Below are positions 49,173-58,880 of a stretch of 64,000 nt of DNA, piece after piece. Position 1 is the stretch's first letter, and each line of letters opens with the position of its first letter. The translations under genes were made by a program, and so were the position numbers. The notes beneath the pieces are model-generated. The model was given only the letters and a program-made list of their open reading frames with translations. It ran no database searches and was not told the DNA's origin. The stretch comes from a virus: the IMG/VR virus record IMGVR_UViG_3300045988_115474; one strand, given 5' to 3'.

Positions 49173-49397
49173 ATGGTAACCGATATTCTTAACAGAGAAA
49201 TTCATGTTGGCGACACAGTTCTTAGAGCTAGAACTCGAAAAGGTCGAGGAGTTCTTTGGAGTATTCATAAAGTTGTTGCCATTATGAACGTAATGATTAA
49301 AGTTCAAGATGGTCAGTACACTTTAAATGTCGCACCTAGAAATTGCATCGTAATTGGTGAGAACGACATTCCTGAAAACTGGCAGGACGAATATTAA
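49173..49397 (+). CDS. hypothetical protein
   Basis: ORF-track ORF; AAAGGAGGATTAAATG RBS. Confidence 0.5.
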   Translation: MVTDILNREIHVGDTVLRARTRKGRGVLWSIHKVVAIMNVMIKVQDGQYTLNVAPRNCIVIGENDIPENWQDEY

Positions 49398-49407
49398 GGA
49401 GAGTTGA

Positions 49408-50199
49408 ATGGTAGTTAAACTGATTACACATACTCCTGATCCTGAAAAGGTGGTAGCTGCCGCCGCAAAGTTGTGCTACTCCAATTCGAGTATTCAGGAT
49501 TTGATGAATGGACTGACCGATGAAAAGGTCGATGAGTTTCTGAATCGGCTTTCTAGCCTTGGCCACGCCAGTCCTACGGAGCATGTGACTTTTACTTTTG
49601 GGATTGAAGGTGTAAGCCGGGCTTTGCTTGCCCAGATTACCAGGCATCGCATTGCATCATTTAGTGTACAAAGTCAGCGCTATGTGCGAATGAATAATGC
49701 GGAAATCATCATTCCTGATGTTATCGACGATGATAGCGAAGCAAGAGAGGTATTTGAACAGGCAATTCAGACTGCTGAATACTCCTATAAGCACCTGTGC
49801 CAGATTCTTGAGGACAAGATTACTGAGGAGCTGATGATTGCTGATTCTCGTTTGACTGAGAAAAAGGCACGCGCAAAAGCATCCAAGATTGCAAACGAGA
49901 ATGCACGTTCTGTTCTTCCAAATGCTTGCTCTACAAAGATGATTGTTACAATGAACGCTCGTTCGTTGAATAATTTCTTTAACCTGCGTTGTTGTGAGCG
50001 AGCGCAGCCGGAAATCAGGGAACTTGCAACTGAGATGCTGAAGCTTGTCTATCCGATTGCTCCTCATCTGTTTAAGTGTGCTGGCCCCAACTGCTGTGGT
50101 AACGGTTGTACTGAGGGTATGATGTCTTGTGGTAAGTTCCACGAGATCCGTGATAAATACGACAAACTGAAACAGGAGGCATTAAATGCAAACACTTGA
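49408..50199 (+). CDS. thyX: flavin-dependent thymidylate synthase ThyX
   Basis: ThyX signature RHRxxSxxxxSQRY (ITRHRIASFSVQSQRY); 263 aa; TAAGGAGAGTTGAATG RBS. Confidence 0.8.
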   Translation: MVVKLITHTPDPEKVVAAAAKLCYSNSSIQDLMNGLTDEKVDEFLNRLSSLGHASPTEHVTFTFGIEGVSRALLAQITRHRIASFSVQSQRYVRMNNAEIIIPDVIDDDSEAREVFEQAIQTAEYSYKHLCQILEDKITEELMIADSRLTEKKARAKASKIANENARSVLPNACSTKMIVTMNARSLNNFFNLRCCERAQPEIRELATEMLKLVYPIAPHLFKCAGPNCCGNGCTEGMMSCGKFHEIRDKYDKLKQEALNANT

Positions 50200-50680
50200 C
50201 GAAATTAAGAAGAATGTCGAACACCCGTCCCATTACGGCGGTGCAGACAATCCCTACGAGGCCATCAAAGTACTGCGAGAGTGGCAACTGGACAAGGATG
50301 CTTATCTTTGGAATGTTGGTAAGTATCTGAGCCGGGCAGGGCACAAAGATGGTAATTCTCAGCTTCAAGATTTGACGAAGGCACGTTGGTATTTGGACTA
50401 TAAAATCCGACTTTTAGAGGAACAGCAGAAGATTACTGAAAGTGTCGTAGATACGCTAAAGAAGATTCATGATGAGGCCAATGATAAGCTGACTACGATG
50501 TCGGATTACGGAGATGTCTACATTCCTACTATTGGAAAGACAGTAAAAGAATGCGTTCAGTATGTTCTTCGTCATGCAAAGCCCGACTATACGGATGATT
50601 TGGTTTTCCGTCCAGAAATCCATACTCCAAACATCGAGACTGCCGTGGTTCCTGATTGTGCCGATGAGGTCAAGTTTTAA
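50186..50680 (+). CDS. DUF3310-like phage protein
   Basis: HPSHYGGADNPYEAIKV...NVGKYLSRAG...LTKARWYLDY follows the DUF3310 pattern (HY...IE..., KY..R.G.K, KA.wYL) seen in many phages. Confidence 0.5.
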   Translation: MQTLDEIKKNVEHPSHYGGADNPYEAIKVLREWQLDKDAYLWNVGKYLSRAGHKDGNSQLQDLTKARWYLDYKIRLLEEQQKITESVVDTLKKIHDEANDKLTTMSDYGDVYIPTIGKTVKECVQYVLRHAKPDYTDDLVFRPEIHTPNIETAVVPDCADEVKF

Positions 50681-50805
50681 GAGGTTTACATAAATGAGAA
50701 TGAGATACAACTGGGAAGAACCATTTGTGGCATTTGCCCTGTTTGTTGCAATGTTGATTTTTGGCTTTACTAAATTTGTTTTAAGATAATCAAGGAGAAA
50801 AATAC

Positions 50806-52329
50806 ATGAATATGATGTTTATTGCAATTCCTGTCGTTATTGTCCTTCTGGTCGCCTTTGCATTTACTTGCTACAAGAAGGCTCCTCCTACTCAGGCAAT
50901 CGTCGTGACAGGTTTTGGACTGTCTAAGCCGAAAGTTATCTGTGGCCGTGGCGTGTTCGTCCTTCCGATTATTCAGCGAGCTGACCGTCTGAATATGCGA
51001 CTGCTCAAGATTGATGTCAAGACTCCTGAAACCGGTGTCAAGACTAAAGAGGGTGTTTCTCTGTGGCTGGACTCTGTTGTTACTGTTCAGGTCTACTCTG
51101 AAAACTCTACTGTAACTGATGATGAGATTAAGAGCGCTGGTTGTGAGGATGCAAAGACTTATATTAGTGCTCGTCAGCAGGCTGCTATTTCCAACTTCCT
51201 TGGCATGAGTGAAGATGGCATTAACGAGAAGATTAACGATGTCCTTCAGGGCAATCTGCGAGAGATTGTTTCTGAGATGACTGTCAACGATATCCTGACC
51301 AATCGTAAACAGATGGCAATTTCTGTTGTTGAGAATGCTCGTCCTGATTTAGCAAAGATGGGTCTGGAAGTTGTTACTTTCAATGTTCAGGATATCAAGG
51401 ATGCTATTGATGCCCAGGGTCATAATCATGGTGTTATTGAGGCAATTGGTGTTCAGCAGGAAGAGCTGGTGAAGAAGCAGGCAGAGATTGCTAAGGCCGA
51501 AGCCGCTCGTGATATTGCTCGTGCTAAGGCAGATACTGCTCGTGAATCAAATGAAAAGGAAATCGAGTCCAAGACTGCTATTGCACAGCGCAACAATGAG
51601 TATCTTTTGACACAGGCTGCTCTGAAGGCAGAGGCTGATAAGGCAAATGCTGATGCAGAAGCTGCTGGTGAGATTCAAACGAATCTGCGTGATAAGGAAA
51701 TCAAGGAAGCTGAGGCTGACGCAGCTATTGCAAAGCAGAAGAAGATGGTTGAGTTGGCCGCTCAGGAAGCAGAAGTTCGTCAGCAGAAGCTGGATGCGGA
51801 GATTCGCAAGCAGGCAGATGCTGATCTGTATAAGCGTCAGAAAGAAGCTGAAGCAAAAAAGTACGAGGCAGAGCGTTTTGCAGAATCTGCGAAGTTTGCC
51901 AAGGAGCAAGAAGCCGAAGGTATTCGTATGGTTGGTATGGCCGAGGCAGATGCTATCAAGCAGAAAGGTCTTGCTGAGGCAGAAGCTATGCTGAAGAAAG
52001 CTGAGGCTTACAAGCAGTATAACGGTGCAGCCATGGGTGAGATGATTATCAAGATCCTGCCTAACATCGCAGAACAGATTGCAAAACCTCTGGCGTCTAT
52101 TGATAAGGTTTCTATCATTGGTAGCAATGCAAATGGTGTTTCTGAAATTTCCGCAAATGTCCCAGCAGTTATGGCACAGACCTTTGAAGCAGTCCATGAA
52201 GCAACTGGTATTGATATGAAGGAGATTGTCCGTGCCAATAGTTACGACGCAAAGGTCACAAAGAATGTGAATCTGGTGAGTGATTCTACTATTACATCCG
52301 ACAAGGGAGAGGCACAGGACGCAGAGTAA
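50806..52329 (+). CDS. flotillin / SPFH (band-7) domain membrane protein
   Basis: N-terminal TM helix (MNMMFIAIPVVIVLLVAFAFTCY) followed by an SPFH core (IVVTGFGLSKPKV...RLNMRLLKIDVK...) and a long Ala/Glu-rich coiled coil with EAEA/AEAEA repeats typical of flotillins; AAGGAGAAAAATACATG RBS. Confidence 0.75.
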   Translation: MNMMFIAIPVVIVLLVAFAFTCYKKAPPTQAIVVTGFGLSKPKVICGRGVFVLPIIQRADRLNMRLLKIDVKTPETGVKTKEGVSLWLDSVVTVQVYSENSTVTDDEIKSAGCEDAKTYISARQQAAISNFLGMSEDGINEKINDVLQGNLREIVSEMTVNDILTNRKQMAISVVENARPDLAKMGLEVVTFNVQDIKDAIDAQGHNHGVIEAIGVQQEELVKKQAEIAKAEAARDIARAKADTARESNEKEIESKTAIAQRNNEYLLTQAALKAEADKANADAEAAGEIQTNLRDKEIKEAEADAAIAKQKKMVELAAQEAEVRQQKLDAEIRKQADADLYKRQKEAEAKKYEAERFAESAKFAKEQEAEGIRMVGMAEADAIKQKGLAEAEAMLKKAEAYKQYNGAAMGEMIIKILPNIAEQIAKPLASIDKVSIIGSNANGVSEISANVPAVMAQTFEAVHEATGIDMKEIVRANSYDAKVTKNVNLVSDSTITSDKGEAQDAE

Positions 52330-52341
52330 AGGAGTGATTGC

Positions 52342-54537
52342 ATGGAATATGTGATTAAACGAGATGGAACGAAAGTTCCTTTTGACAAAAGTAAGATTGT
52401 AAATGCAATTGAGAAGGCGATGACGAATACGACTGGAGGAGTTGATTCTCGCGTGTCTAACGCTATTGCAGACTACATTGCCGACATCCCTGATACGATG
52501 TCTGTAGAGCAGATTCAGGATGTAGTTATTGACCAGTTGAAAAATAGCCCTCTTTCGGATGTGGCTGACGCTTATAGTCACTGGCGTATTCTTCGGCAGG
52601 AGATTCGTAAGAAGCAGCGAGCATATGGCGAAATTCTTTCCATCTGTGATGTAGATAATGAGAAGGTCAAGCAGGAGAACAGCAACAAAAATCCTGTTGT
52701 GAATAGTGTACAGCGTGACTATATGGCTGGCGAAGTCTCCAAAGATCTGAGCTTTAATCTGCTTCTTCCGAAAGATATTGTGGACACTCACTATGATGGT
52801 CGAATTCACTTCCACGATTCCGACTACTTTGCCCAGCACATGTTTAACTGCTCGTTAGTCAATCTGGAAGATATGCTGCAAAACGGCACTGTGATTTCTG
52901 GTACAGGAATCGACAAACCACATAGTTTCTCTACAGCGTGCAATATTGCAACCCAGATTATTGCACAGGTTGCTTCAAATCAGTATGGTGGTCAGAGTAT
53001 TACTCTATCTCATCTAGCTCCCTTCGTTGATGTCTCTCGAAAGAAGATTGCGAGTGAAGTCCATGAGGAGTTTTACGACATGATTCAAAACAATGAGATT
53101 GACAAGATGCCAAATCAGGAGACTATCAATCGAATTGTGGAGAAGCGTTTACATAAAGAAATCGTTGCAGGTGTTCAGACTATTCAGTATCAGGTTATTA
53201 CTTTGATGACCACCAACGGGCAGGCTCCTTTTATTACCATTTTTATGTACCTGGATGAAGTTCCTGAAGGCCAGACCCGTGATGACCTTGCAATTATCAT
53301 TGAAGAAGTCCTTCGTCAGCGCATTAAAGGCGTGAAGAATGAGACTGGTGCATGGATTACTCCGGCTTTCCCAAAGCTGATTTATGTGCTGGAAGAAGAC
53401 AACATTCGAGATAATTCTAAGTATTACTATCTGACTGAACTAGCAGCTAAATGTACGGCCAAGAGGTTTGTACCTGACTACATTTCTGAGAAGAAGATGT
53501 TGGAATACAAAGGTGCTTGCTACCCCTGTATGGGCTGCCGCAGCTTCCTGACTCCTGATCGAACCACCGAGAATATCTCTGGTGCAATGAATTGGGAGAA
53601 GGGCCACAAGTATTATGGTCGCTTTAATGCTGGTGTTGTCACCATAAATCTGGTAGATGTTGCTTGTAGCTCTAAGAAGGATATCTCTGAGTTTTGGAAA
53701 ATTTTTGATGAGCGTCTTGAACTGTGCCATCGAGCACTTCAGATTCGGTATAAGCGATTGATGGGTACGCCTTCTGATGTGAGTCCAATTCATTTTCAGC
53801 ATGGTGCAATCGCACGTTTGAAGAAGGGCGAGAAGATTGATAAATTGCTGTTTGACGGATATGCAACCATCAGTTTAGGTTACGCAGGGCTGTATGAATG
53901 TGTAAAGTACATGACTGGTAAGAGCCATACTGATGATGAAGCAAAACCTTTTGCTCTTGAGATTATGCAGCACATGAACGACAAGTGCAACGAGTGGAAA
54001 AAGGCCGAGAACATGGACTACTCCCTCTACGGCACCCCGCTGGAATCCACCACCTACAAGTTTGCCAAGTGCCTGCAAAAGCGGTTTGGCATCATTCCAG
54101 ATGTAACCGACCATGATTACATCACAAATAGCTATCATGTCGTGGTTCGTGAGCATATTGATGCATTCAAGAAGCTGAAGTTTGAGTCTGAGTTTCAGCA
54201 GTTGTCTCCCGGAGGAGCGATTTCTTATATTGAATGCCCGAACATGACCAACAACATCCCCGCTGTAATGAGTGTCATCAAATACATTTATGACACCATT
54301 ATTTATGCAGAGCTGAATATCAAGTCTGATTATTGTCAGGTTTGTGGCTATGATGGGGAAATCAAGATCGTTGAAGACAATGGCAAGCTTGTCTGGGAAT
54401 GCCCGAATTGTGGAAACCGTGACCAGAACAAGCTGAACGTTGCCCGCCGTACTTGCGGTTTTATTGGCACTCAGTTCTGGAATCAGGGACGCACCCAGGA
54501 GATTCGTGACCGAGTGGTTCATCTGAGCGACAACTAA
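52342..54537 (+). CDS. nrdD: anaerobic ribonucleoside-triphosphate reductase (class III RNR) NrdD
   Basis: 731 aa; N-terminal ATP-cone-like region; Zn ribbon CQVCGYDGE...CPNCG; C-terminal glycyl-radical motif RRTCGFIGTQ. Confidence 0.85.
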   Translation: MEYVIKRDGTKVPFDKSKIVNAIEKAMTNTTGGVDSRVSNAIADYIADIPDTMSVEQIQDVVIDQLKNSPLSDVADAYSHWRILRQEIRKKQRAYGEILSICDVDNEKVKQENSNKNPVVNSVQRDYMAGEVSKDLSFNLLLPKDIVDTHYDGRIHFHDSDYFAQHMFNCSLVNLEDMLQNGTVISGTGIDKPHSFSTACNIATQIIAQVASNQYGGQSITLSHLAPFVDVSRKKIASEVHEEFYDMIQNNEIDKMPNQETINRIVEKRLHKEIVAGVQTIQYQVITLMTTNGQAPFITIFMYLDEVPEGQTRDDLAIIIEEVLRQRIKGVKNETGAWITPAFPKLIYVLEEDNIRDNSKYYYLTELAAKCTAKRFVPDYISEKKMLEYKGACYPCMGCRSFLTPDRTTENISGAMNWEKGHKYYGRFNAGVVTINLVDVACSSKKDISEFWKIFDERLELCHRALQIRYKRLMGTPSDVSPIHFQHGAIARLKKGEKIDKLLFDGYATISLGYAGLYECVKYMTGKSHTDDEAKPFALEIMQHMNDKCNEWKKAENMDYSLYGTPLESTTYKFAKCLQKRFGIIPDVTDHDYITNSYHVVVREHIDAFKKLKFESEFQQLSPGGAISYIECPNMTNNIPAVMSVIKYIYDTIIYAELNIKSDYCQVCGYDGEIKIVEDNGKLVWECPNCGNRDQNKLNVARRTCGFIGTQFWNQGRTQEIRDRVVHLSDN

Positions 54538-54571
54538 ATAAAGTATAAGTGGTGGGTTGGTGGGATTACAT

Positions 54572-55045
54572 ATGGATAGACTTAGTAAGAAGTTGCAAGA
54601 AGAAAAGAAGAAAGAAACCAAGGTCACAAAATACTATCATTACAAGGATATACAAACACCTTATTGGTTTCTGTATCCGATTCTTATCATTATCTACTGG
54701 CTTGAGAGACTCTTTGTTGTCGCAGAGAGGCTCCGTCGCAAAAAGTTGAATAAATGGAGCGATAAGAGGACTGACCGTATCCTAAGATATGCGTTTCCAA
54801 AAGTGTGCAGCGTGTGTACTTTAGACAATAGTTTTTATCTTACTTGCCGTGATAATGCATATCTTCTTCACTGGTCGAAATGGAGTAGACCATGGGACTG
54901 GTATTATTGCGATTTACACAACCTTGAAATTCTAAATTATCTTGCGTGGAATTTTGAAATGCCCGGATATGTGAAAACAACAAAGGAAGAGGAGGATTAT
55001 CCAGATAGCTGGATTACGGTTATATTCAAAAAAGAGGAACTATAA
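54572..55045 (+). CDS. hypothetical membrane protein
   Basis: In frame with ORF-track 54557-55045; start at ATG 54572; TM segment YWFLYPILIIIYWL. Confidence 0.45.
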   Translation: MDRLSKKLQEEKKKETKVTKYYHYKDIQTPYWFLYPILIIIYWLERLFVVAERLRRKKLNKWSDKRTDRILRYAFPKVCSVCTLDNSFYLTCRDNAYLLHWSKWSRPWDWYYCDLHNLEILNYLAWNFEMPGYVKTTKEEEDYPDSWITVIFKKEEL

Positions 55046-55066
55046 AATGAAAATTTTTGAAAGAAG

Positions 55067-55294
55067 GTGATTGGAATAGAAGCGTGGAAGAATTTCTTTA
55101 AGGCGCTTGGTTCTTTTCTGGGAATCGTTCTGATTCTGGCAGCTACATATTTTACCTCGTGGATTATCACGATTGGTATTATTTGGCTGATTTTTAAGCT
55201 GCTGAATATCACTTTTACCGTTAAAGTGGCGACAGGCATCTGGCTGGCTCTAGTTTTTCTGGAACGATTCATTAAGGGTAGCCGAGGTAAGTAA
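55067..55294 (+). CDS. hypothetical membrane protein (two predicted TM segments)
   Basis: ORF-track ORF; hydrophobic segments LGSFLGIVLILAATYF and IITIGIIWLIF. Confidence 0.45.
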   Translation: MIGIEAWKNFFKALGSFLGIVLILAATYFTSWIITIGIIWLIFKLLNITFTVKVATGIWLALVFLERFIKGSRGK

Positions 55295-55474
55295 ATAAAC
55301 AAGCAGGGTGGGTGTGGTGGCATGAAAACATGGATGTGGAACGTATACGTCAGTTGATTCTCGAAATTATTCGAGTCATACAACAAGCGAACAATATTAG
55401 TCAAAATGAAATGGAAGATATTATTTCTGATGTTGAGTTTGATTTTTATAACGGTCGATAAAGAAAGGAGTCTT

Positions 55475-55651
55475 ATGGATTATTGGTCTGTTGAAGTAAT
55501 GTACTACGATGATGGGAATCAGGCATTCAATACATATATGGTAAAGGCACAGGATCAAAATGATGCTATGAACAAGGCGCATCATCGCTTTGAAAAGGCT
55601 CATCCTAACATGAGCTGTATGATTCAGAGCATTGAAAAGGCAGGTGGCTGA
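55475..55651 (+). CDS. hypothetical protein
   Basis: In frame with ORF-track 55406-55651; ATG 55475 after AAAGAAAGGAGTCTT. Confidence 0.45.
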   Translation: MDYWSVEVMYYDDGNQAFNTYMVKAQDQNDAMNKAHHRFEKAHPNMSCMIQSIEKAGG

Positions 55652-55652
55652 G

Positions 55653-55994
55653 ATGGACTTCAAATGTAAGTGTGGCAGTGAATCCTTCTTTATCCAGAGT
55701 AAAGGTAGCCAGATTGGTCTGTATTGCTCTGCTTGTGGTAAGTGGCAGAAATGGCTCACCAAGAATGAAGTGAAACAGTTTGAGTACGAGACGAATATGT
55801 TGGATTCGAAAGAAAACAATCCTGATGATGATTTTTATGAAAAATTCGCCTTAACTCCATGGGGCTGCCTACACTGTGCTTTTAGAGATTTTGGACTAGG
55901 TCTTCCTGAAATACATGGTAAGATGGCTGATGCCATTATGGAAGATTTCTTCGAGACTATGGAAAGGGCTGATATTATTGAGAAGAAGGAGTAA
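55653..55994 (+). CDS. hypothetical zinc-ribbon protein
   Basis: In frame with ORF-track 55632-55994; ATG 55653 after AGGTGGCTGAG; CKCGSE...CSACGKW. Confidence 0.45.
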   Translation: MDFKCKCGSESFFIQSKGSQIGLYCSACGKWQKWLTKNEVKQFEYETNMLDSKENNPDDDFYEKFALTPWGCLHCAFRDFGLGLPEIHGKMADAIMEDFFETMERADIIEKKE

Positions 55995-55996
55995 AG

Positions 55997-56149
55997 ATGA
56001 TTAAGTTCTTGAAACGTCTACTCCGTTGGTTCCTTCCAGAATGCAGTAGATGTGGCGGTGTTATGCTTTACGATAACACTCATAGCTGGCATGATAAATG
56101 GCACTTTGTATGTGATACATGTGGTAGAGAAAAGTGGGGTACATTATGA
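55997..56149 (+). CDS. hypothetical zinc-ribbon mini-protein (50 aa)
   Basis: ATG 55997 after AGAAGGAGTAAAG; CSRCGG...CDTCGRE; 51 codons verified. Confidence 0.35.
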   Translation: MIKFLKRLLRWFLPECSRCGGVMLYDNTHSWHDKWHFVCDTCGREKWGTL

Positions 56150-56415
56150 ATGTTGAATCAAAATGTTACTTCGATATTGACCCCATATTTAACCCATCAT
56201 ATAAGGAAGTGCTTATTATTGAAACCGATAACTGGGCGTCTTGTGAGATTGTAAACGAAAATACTCATTATGAAGTGGAGAGCACAATAAGATACGAATG
56301 CTGCAATAATGAGCGGCTTGAAATAAAACATCTTGAGGCAAAGAAGATAAATGGAATTCCGTTGAAGAATCTTTGGATGGAAATGTATTCCAGAGAAGAA
56401 TGGAGACTGTTATGA
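56146..56415 (+). CDS. hypothetical protein
   Basis: In frame with ORF-track 56134-56415; ATGA overlap with the upstream gene. Confidence 0.45.
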   Translation: MNVESKCYFDIDPIFNPSYKEVLIIETDNWASCEIVNENTHYEVESTIRYECCNNERLEIKHLEAKKINGIPLKNLWMEMYSREEWRLL

Positions 56416-56633
56416 ATTATGGCCAAACCTGTGTATACGGTGTAAGTCTATCATACATTATGGCTAACGGAGAACGCAATTTCTCATATTATGAGATCCC
56501 TGCTGACAGTGAGTATGAAGCAATCCAATATGTGCGCGGCCAATGGCACAGGGAGCATCTATTTGCTCCTTATGAGCCAGATGTAAGCGCTCGACTTTTG
56601 TACATTAACTATTGGAGCTATTTAAAGGCTTGA
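56412..56633 (+). CDS. hypothetical protein
   Basis: In frame with ORF-track 56373-56633; ATGA overlap. Confidence 0.45.
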   Translation: MNYGQTCVYGVSLSYIMANGERNFSYYEIPADSEYEAIQYVRGQWHREHLFAPYEPDVSARLLYINYWSYLKA

Positions 56634-56661
56634 TAAAAGTGCCGTTTTAGGAGGTGCCAAT

Positions 56662-57099
56662 ATGAAAAAGTGGACTAAAGACTTTCTTGAAGCTAATGGA
56701 TATGAGCTGAGAAACGCATACATTAAAAATGTATCTTTTGGAATAAAAGATTACGGATTTCTTTCTCTTGCACTCACTTTAGAAGGTGATGGATGGGGAG
56801 TAAATTACATAGGCCCTTCTATCGGTAGAAGATTCTACATCAATGGAGAGCTTATTAAAGATGGGAATGCCGCAAATTTTGAAGGTTACGAAGGCGGAGC
56901 TGAAGCTATCGTAAGAATTTTAGATGTTGTTGATTGTTCTGAACTTGAATCACTAAAAGGAAAATATATCCGTGCAGCTATCAAAAGAGGAGAGTCTGTG
57001 AAAATCATCGGTAACATCATCAAAGATCAGTGGTTTGATTATGGTTCGTTCTTCGATGACTATAAGACAAAACAGGAGTGTGATAGGGATGACTCTTGA
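56662..57099 (+). CDS. hypothetical protein
   Basis: ORF-track ORF; TTTTAGGAGGTGCCAATATG RBS. Confidence 0.5.
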   Translation: MKKWTKDFLEANGYELRNAYIKNVSFGIKDYGFLSLALTLEGDGWGVNYIGPSIGRRFYINGELIKDGNAANFEGYEGGAEAIVRILDVVDCSELESLKGKYIRAAIKRGESVKIIGNIIKDQWFDYGSFFDDYKTKQECDRDDS

Positions 57100-57427
57100 G
57101 CAAGCAATCGAGATTCTTGACCCAAAAAATCCCTATTACGAAGATTCATATACAGTCCACCGTGCTCGTTACATGGGAATGGAAGCACTTAAAATTCGAA
57201 TGCCTAAAAAGGTTAAAAATGCACCATTATGTGAAATGGTCTTATGTCCAAGTTGTGGATATAGTTATCTATACAAGAAACTTGAAAAACTAAAACCTCC
57301 GTTTGATAATTTTTGTCCAGAATGCGGGCAAGCGTTGGATTGGAGTAGTCTTAACTGGCCGGACGATAAGTACGAATACGAAAAACTGCTCAACAAGATT
57401 AAGAAAAACAAGGATTGTAGCAAATAA
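57089..57427 (+). CDS. hypothetical zinc-ribbon protein
   Basis: In frame with ORF-track 57035-57427; ATG 57089; CPSCGY...CPECGQ. Confidence 0.45.
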   Translation: MTLEQAIEILDPKNPYYEDSYTVHRARYMGMEALKIRMPKKVKNAPLCEMVLCPSCGYSYLYKKLEKLKPPFDNFCPECGQALDWSSLNWPDDKYEYEKLLNKIKKNKDCSK

Positions 57428-57457
57428 AATTCCGCTTTTATTAGAAAGGAAAAGACT

Positions 57458-57682
57458 ATGATTGATATTTCCAACTGGCGTACTGTTGCCGATAATCCAC
57501 CCGATAGAGTCCCACTGCTTTGCTATTGTGACGCAGATGATAGCGTGTTCCTTGGATTTGCTATTCATCCGTATTTGTCTCTTGATAGAACAGTGAGCCT
57601 TGTAAACTGGTACAAGCAGACTGGTTTACATGAGTGGCAGCGTGCAGAGCACATCGTAACGAGATGGAAGGAAGTGGCGTAA
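57458..57682 (+). CDS. hypothetical protein
   Basis: ORF-track ORF; AGAAAGGAAAAGACTATG RBS. Confidence 0.45.
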   Translation: MIDISNWRTVADNPPDRVPLLCYCDADDSVFLGFAIHPYLSLDRTVSLVNWYKQTGLHEWQRAEHIVTRWKEVA

Positions 57683-57683
57683 A

Positions 57684-57890
57684 ATGCTTGTTAATATTTC
57701 TTGGCTGCTTGTTAAATCGTATATAATTTTGATTCTTGCAGCGACAATCATCCGTTCTGAGGAAATTCTATATGATTTTTTACGTAATACTGTAATGTAC
57801 GACATCAAGCTTAAATATGTAAAGTGGACTATCGTCGCGTTGAATATTTTTATCATCGTATGTGTGAGTCTATTGACGAAGGTGTTTTGA
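57684..57890 (+). CDS. hypothetical membrane protein
   Basis: ORF-track ORF; two hydrophobic segments. Confidence 0.4.
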   Translation: MLVNISWLLVKSYIILILAATIIRSEEILYDFLRNTVMYDIKLKYVKWTIVALNIFIIVCVSLLTKVF

Positions 57891-57891
57891 T

Positions 57892-58194
57892 ATGAGATTG
57901 ATTGACGCGGATAAATTCAAGAAAAATGCCATAAAGCGATTCCATTGCGATCCGTTAGTCACAGGTTGGAGTGATAACGATAGTGATAATCTAAGTTTTG
58001 TAATTGATGAAGAACCAACAGTAGATTCTAAAGACTTACGAGAGACTACCACTTTTGATTTTGCTGATTGCTGCGAAAACTCTGCATGGGTATGCGACAG
58101 ATGTGGTGGTGGCATTAAAGGATTTACGAGTCCTGAAGTTATGGGCTATAATTTTTGCCCGTACTGCGGAGCAGAGATTGAGGTGGGCAAGTGA
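57892..58194 (+). CDS. hypothetical zinc-ribbon protein
   Basis: CDRCGGG...CPYCGAE. Confidence 0.45.
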   Translation: MRLIDADKFKKNAIKRFHCDPLVTGWSDNDSDNLSFVIDEEPTVDSKDLRETTTFDFADCCENSAWVCDRCGGGIKGFTSPEVMGYNFCPYCGAEIEVGK

Positions 58195-58352
58195 GAACAC
58201 TAGAACAAGTAGATCGCGACATCGAGATTGCAAGATACGATATGCACGAACTCATGAGGATGCGTCAGCCAATTTCTATCGTCGGAGATGACTTAGTAGA
58301 TCTTTATGAAGAACGAAATGAAATCTTGAAATCGATGGGTAATACAAAATGA
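58191..58352 (+). CDS. hypothetical small protein (53 aa, GTG start)
   Basis: GTG 58191 after GAGGTGGGCAA; its stop overlaps the nrdG start. Confidence 0.3.
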   Translation: MRTLEQVDRDIEIARYDMHELMRMRQPISIVGDDLVDLYEERNEILKSMGNTK

Positions 58353-58879
58353 ACTACGCTAAAATCGTTCCATGTGATATAGCGAATGGCGAAGGGGTGC
58401 GCGTTACATTGTTCGTACAGGGTTGTGACCATCACTGTCCCAGCTGTCAAAATCCTACTACATGGGAACCGAATGGTGGTCAACCATTCACAAATGAAAC
58501 GCTTGATAAAATTGTAGATTTACTTCGACCTGATTATATTCAGGGGCTTACGCTTACTGGTGGAGATCCGTTGTTTCCGGAGAATAGAGAAGTTATTGAG
58601 AAAATCGTTCATCGTGTGTGGACTGAATTTCTAAACAAAAAAGACGTCTGGCTCTGGACTGGATATAAGTGGGAAGAGTTATGGAACCAAGATGGCCTTG
58701 TGGCTGACATTCTTGCGGATATAAATGTTCTTGTAGATGGCCCTTTTATCGAAGCAGAAAAAGATATTTCGCTTCCATATATGGGAAGTAAGAACCAACG
58801 AGTAATAGACATTAAATGGAGTCTTGGATATAAAAAACCAACCCTTTGGTGGACTCCAGAAGATAAGAAAGGAAAATAA
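58349..58879 (+). CDS. nrdG: anaerobic RNR activating enzyme NrdG (radical-SAM)
   Basis: CX3CX2C cluster in LFVQGCDHHCPSCQN near the N-terminus; size (176 aa) and context with nrdD. Confidence 0.75.
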   Translation: MNYAKIVPCDIANGEGVRVTLFVQGCDHHCPSCQNPTTWEPNGGQPFTNETLDKIVDLLRPDYIQGLTLTGGDPLFPENREVIEKIVHRVWTEFLNKKDVWLWTGYKWEELWNQDGLVADILADINVLVDGPFIEAEKDISLPYMGSKNQRVIDIKWSLGYKKPTLWWTPEDKKGK

Positions 58880-58880
58880 T

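Noticed and set aside
39666-54537. Inteins or group I introns in dnaE, nrdD or thyX, which are common in phage replication genes.
   Set aside because: All three ORFs are continuous, of normal length, and carry their motifs at the usual spacing. No HNH/LAGLIDADG-type insert or interrupted frame was seen.
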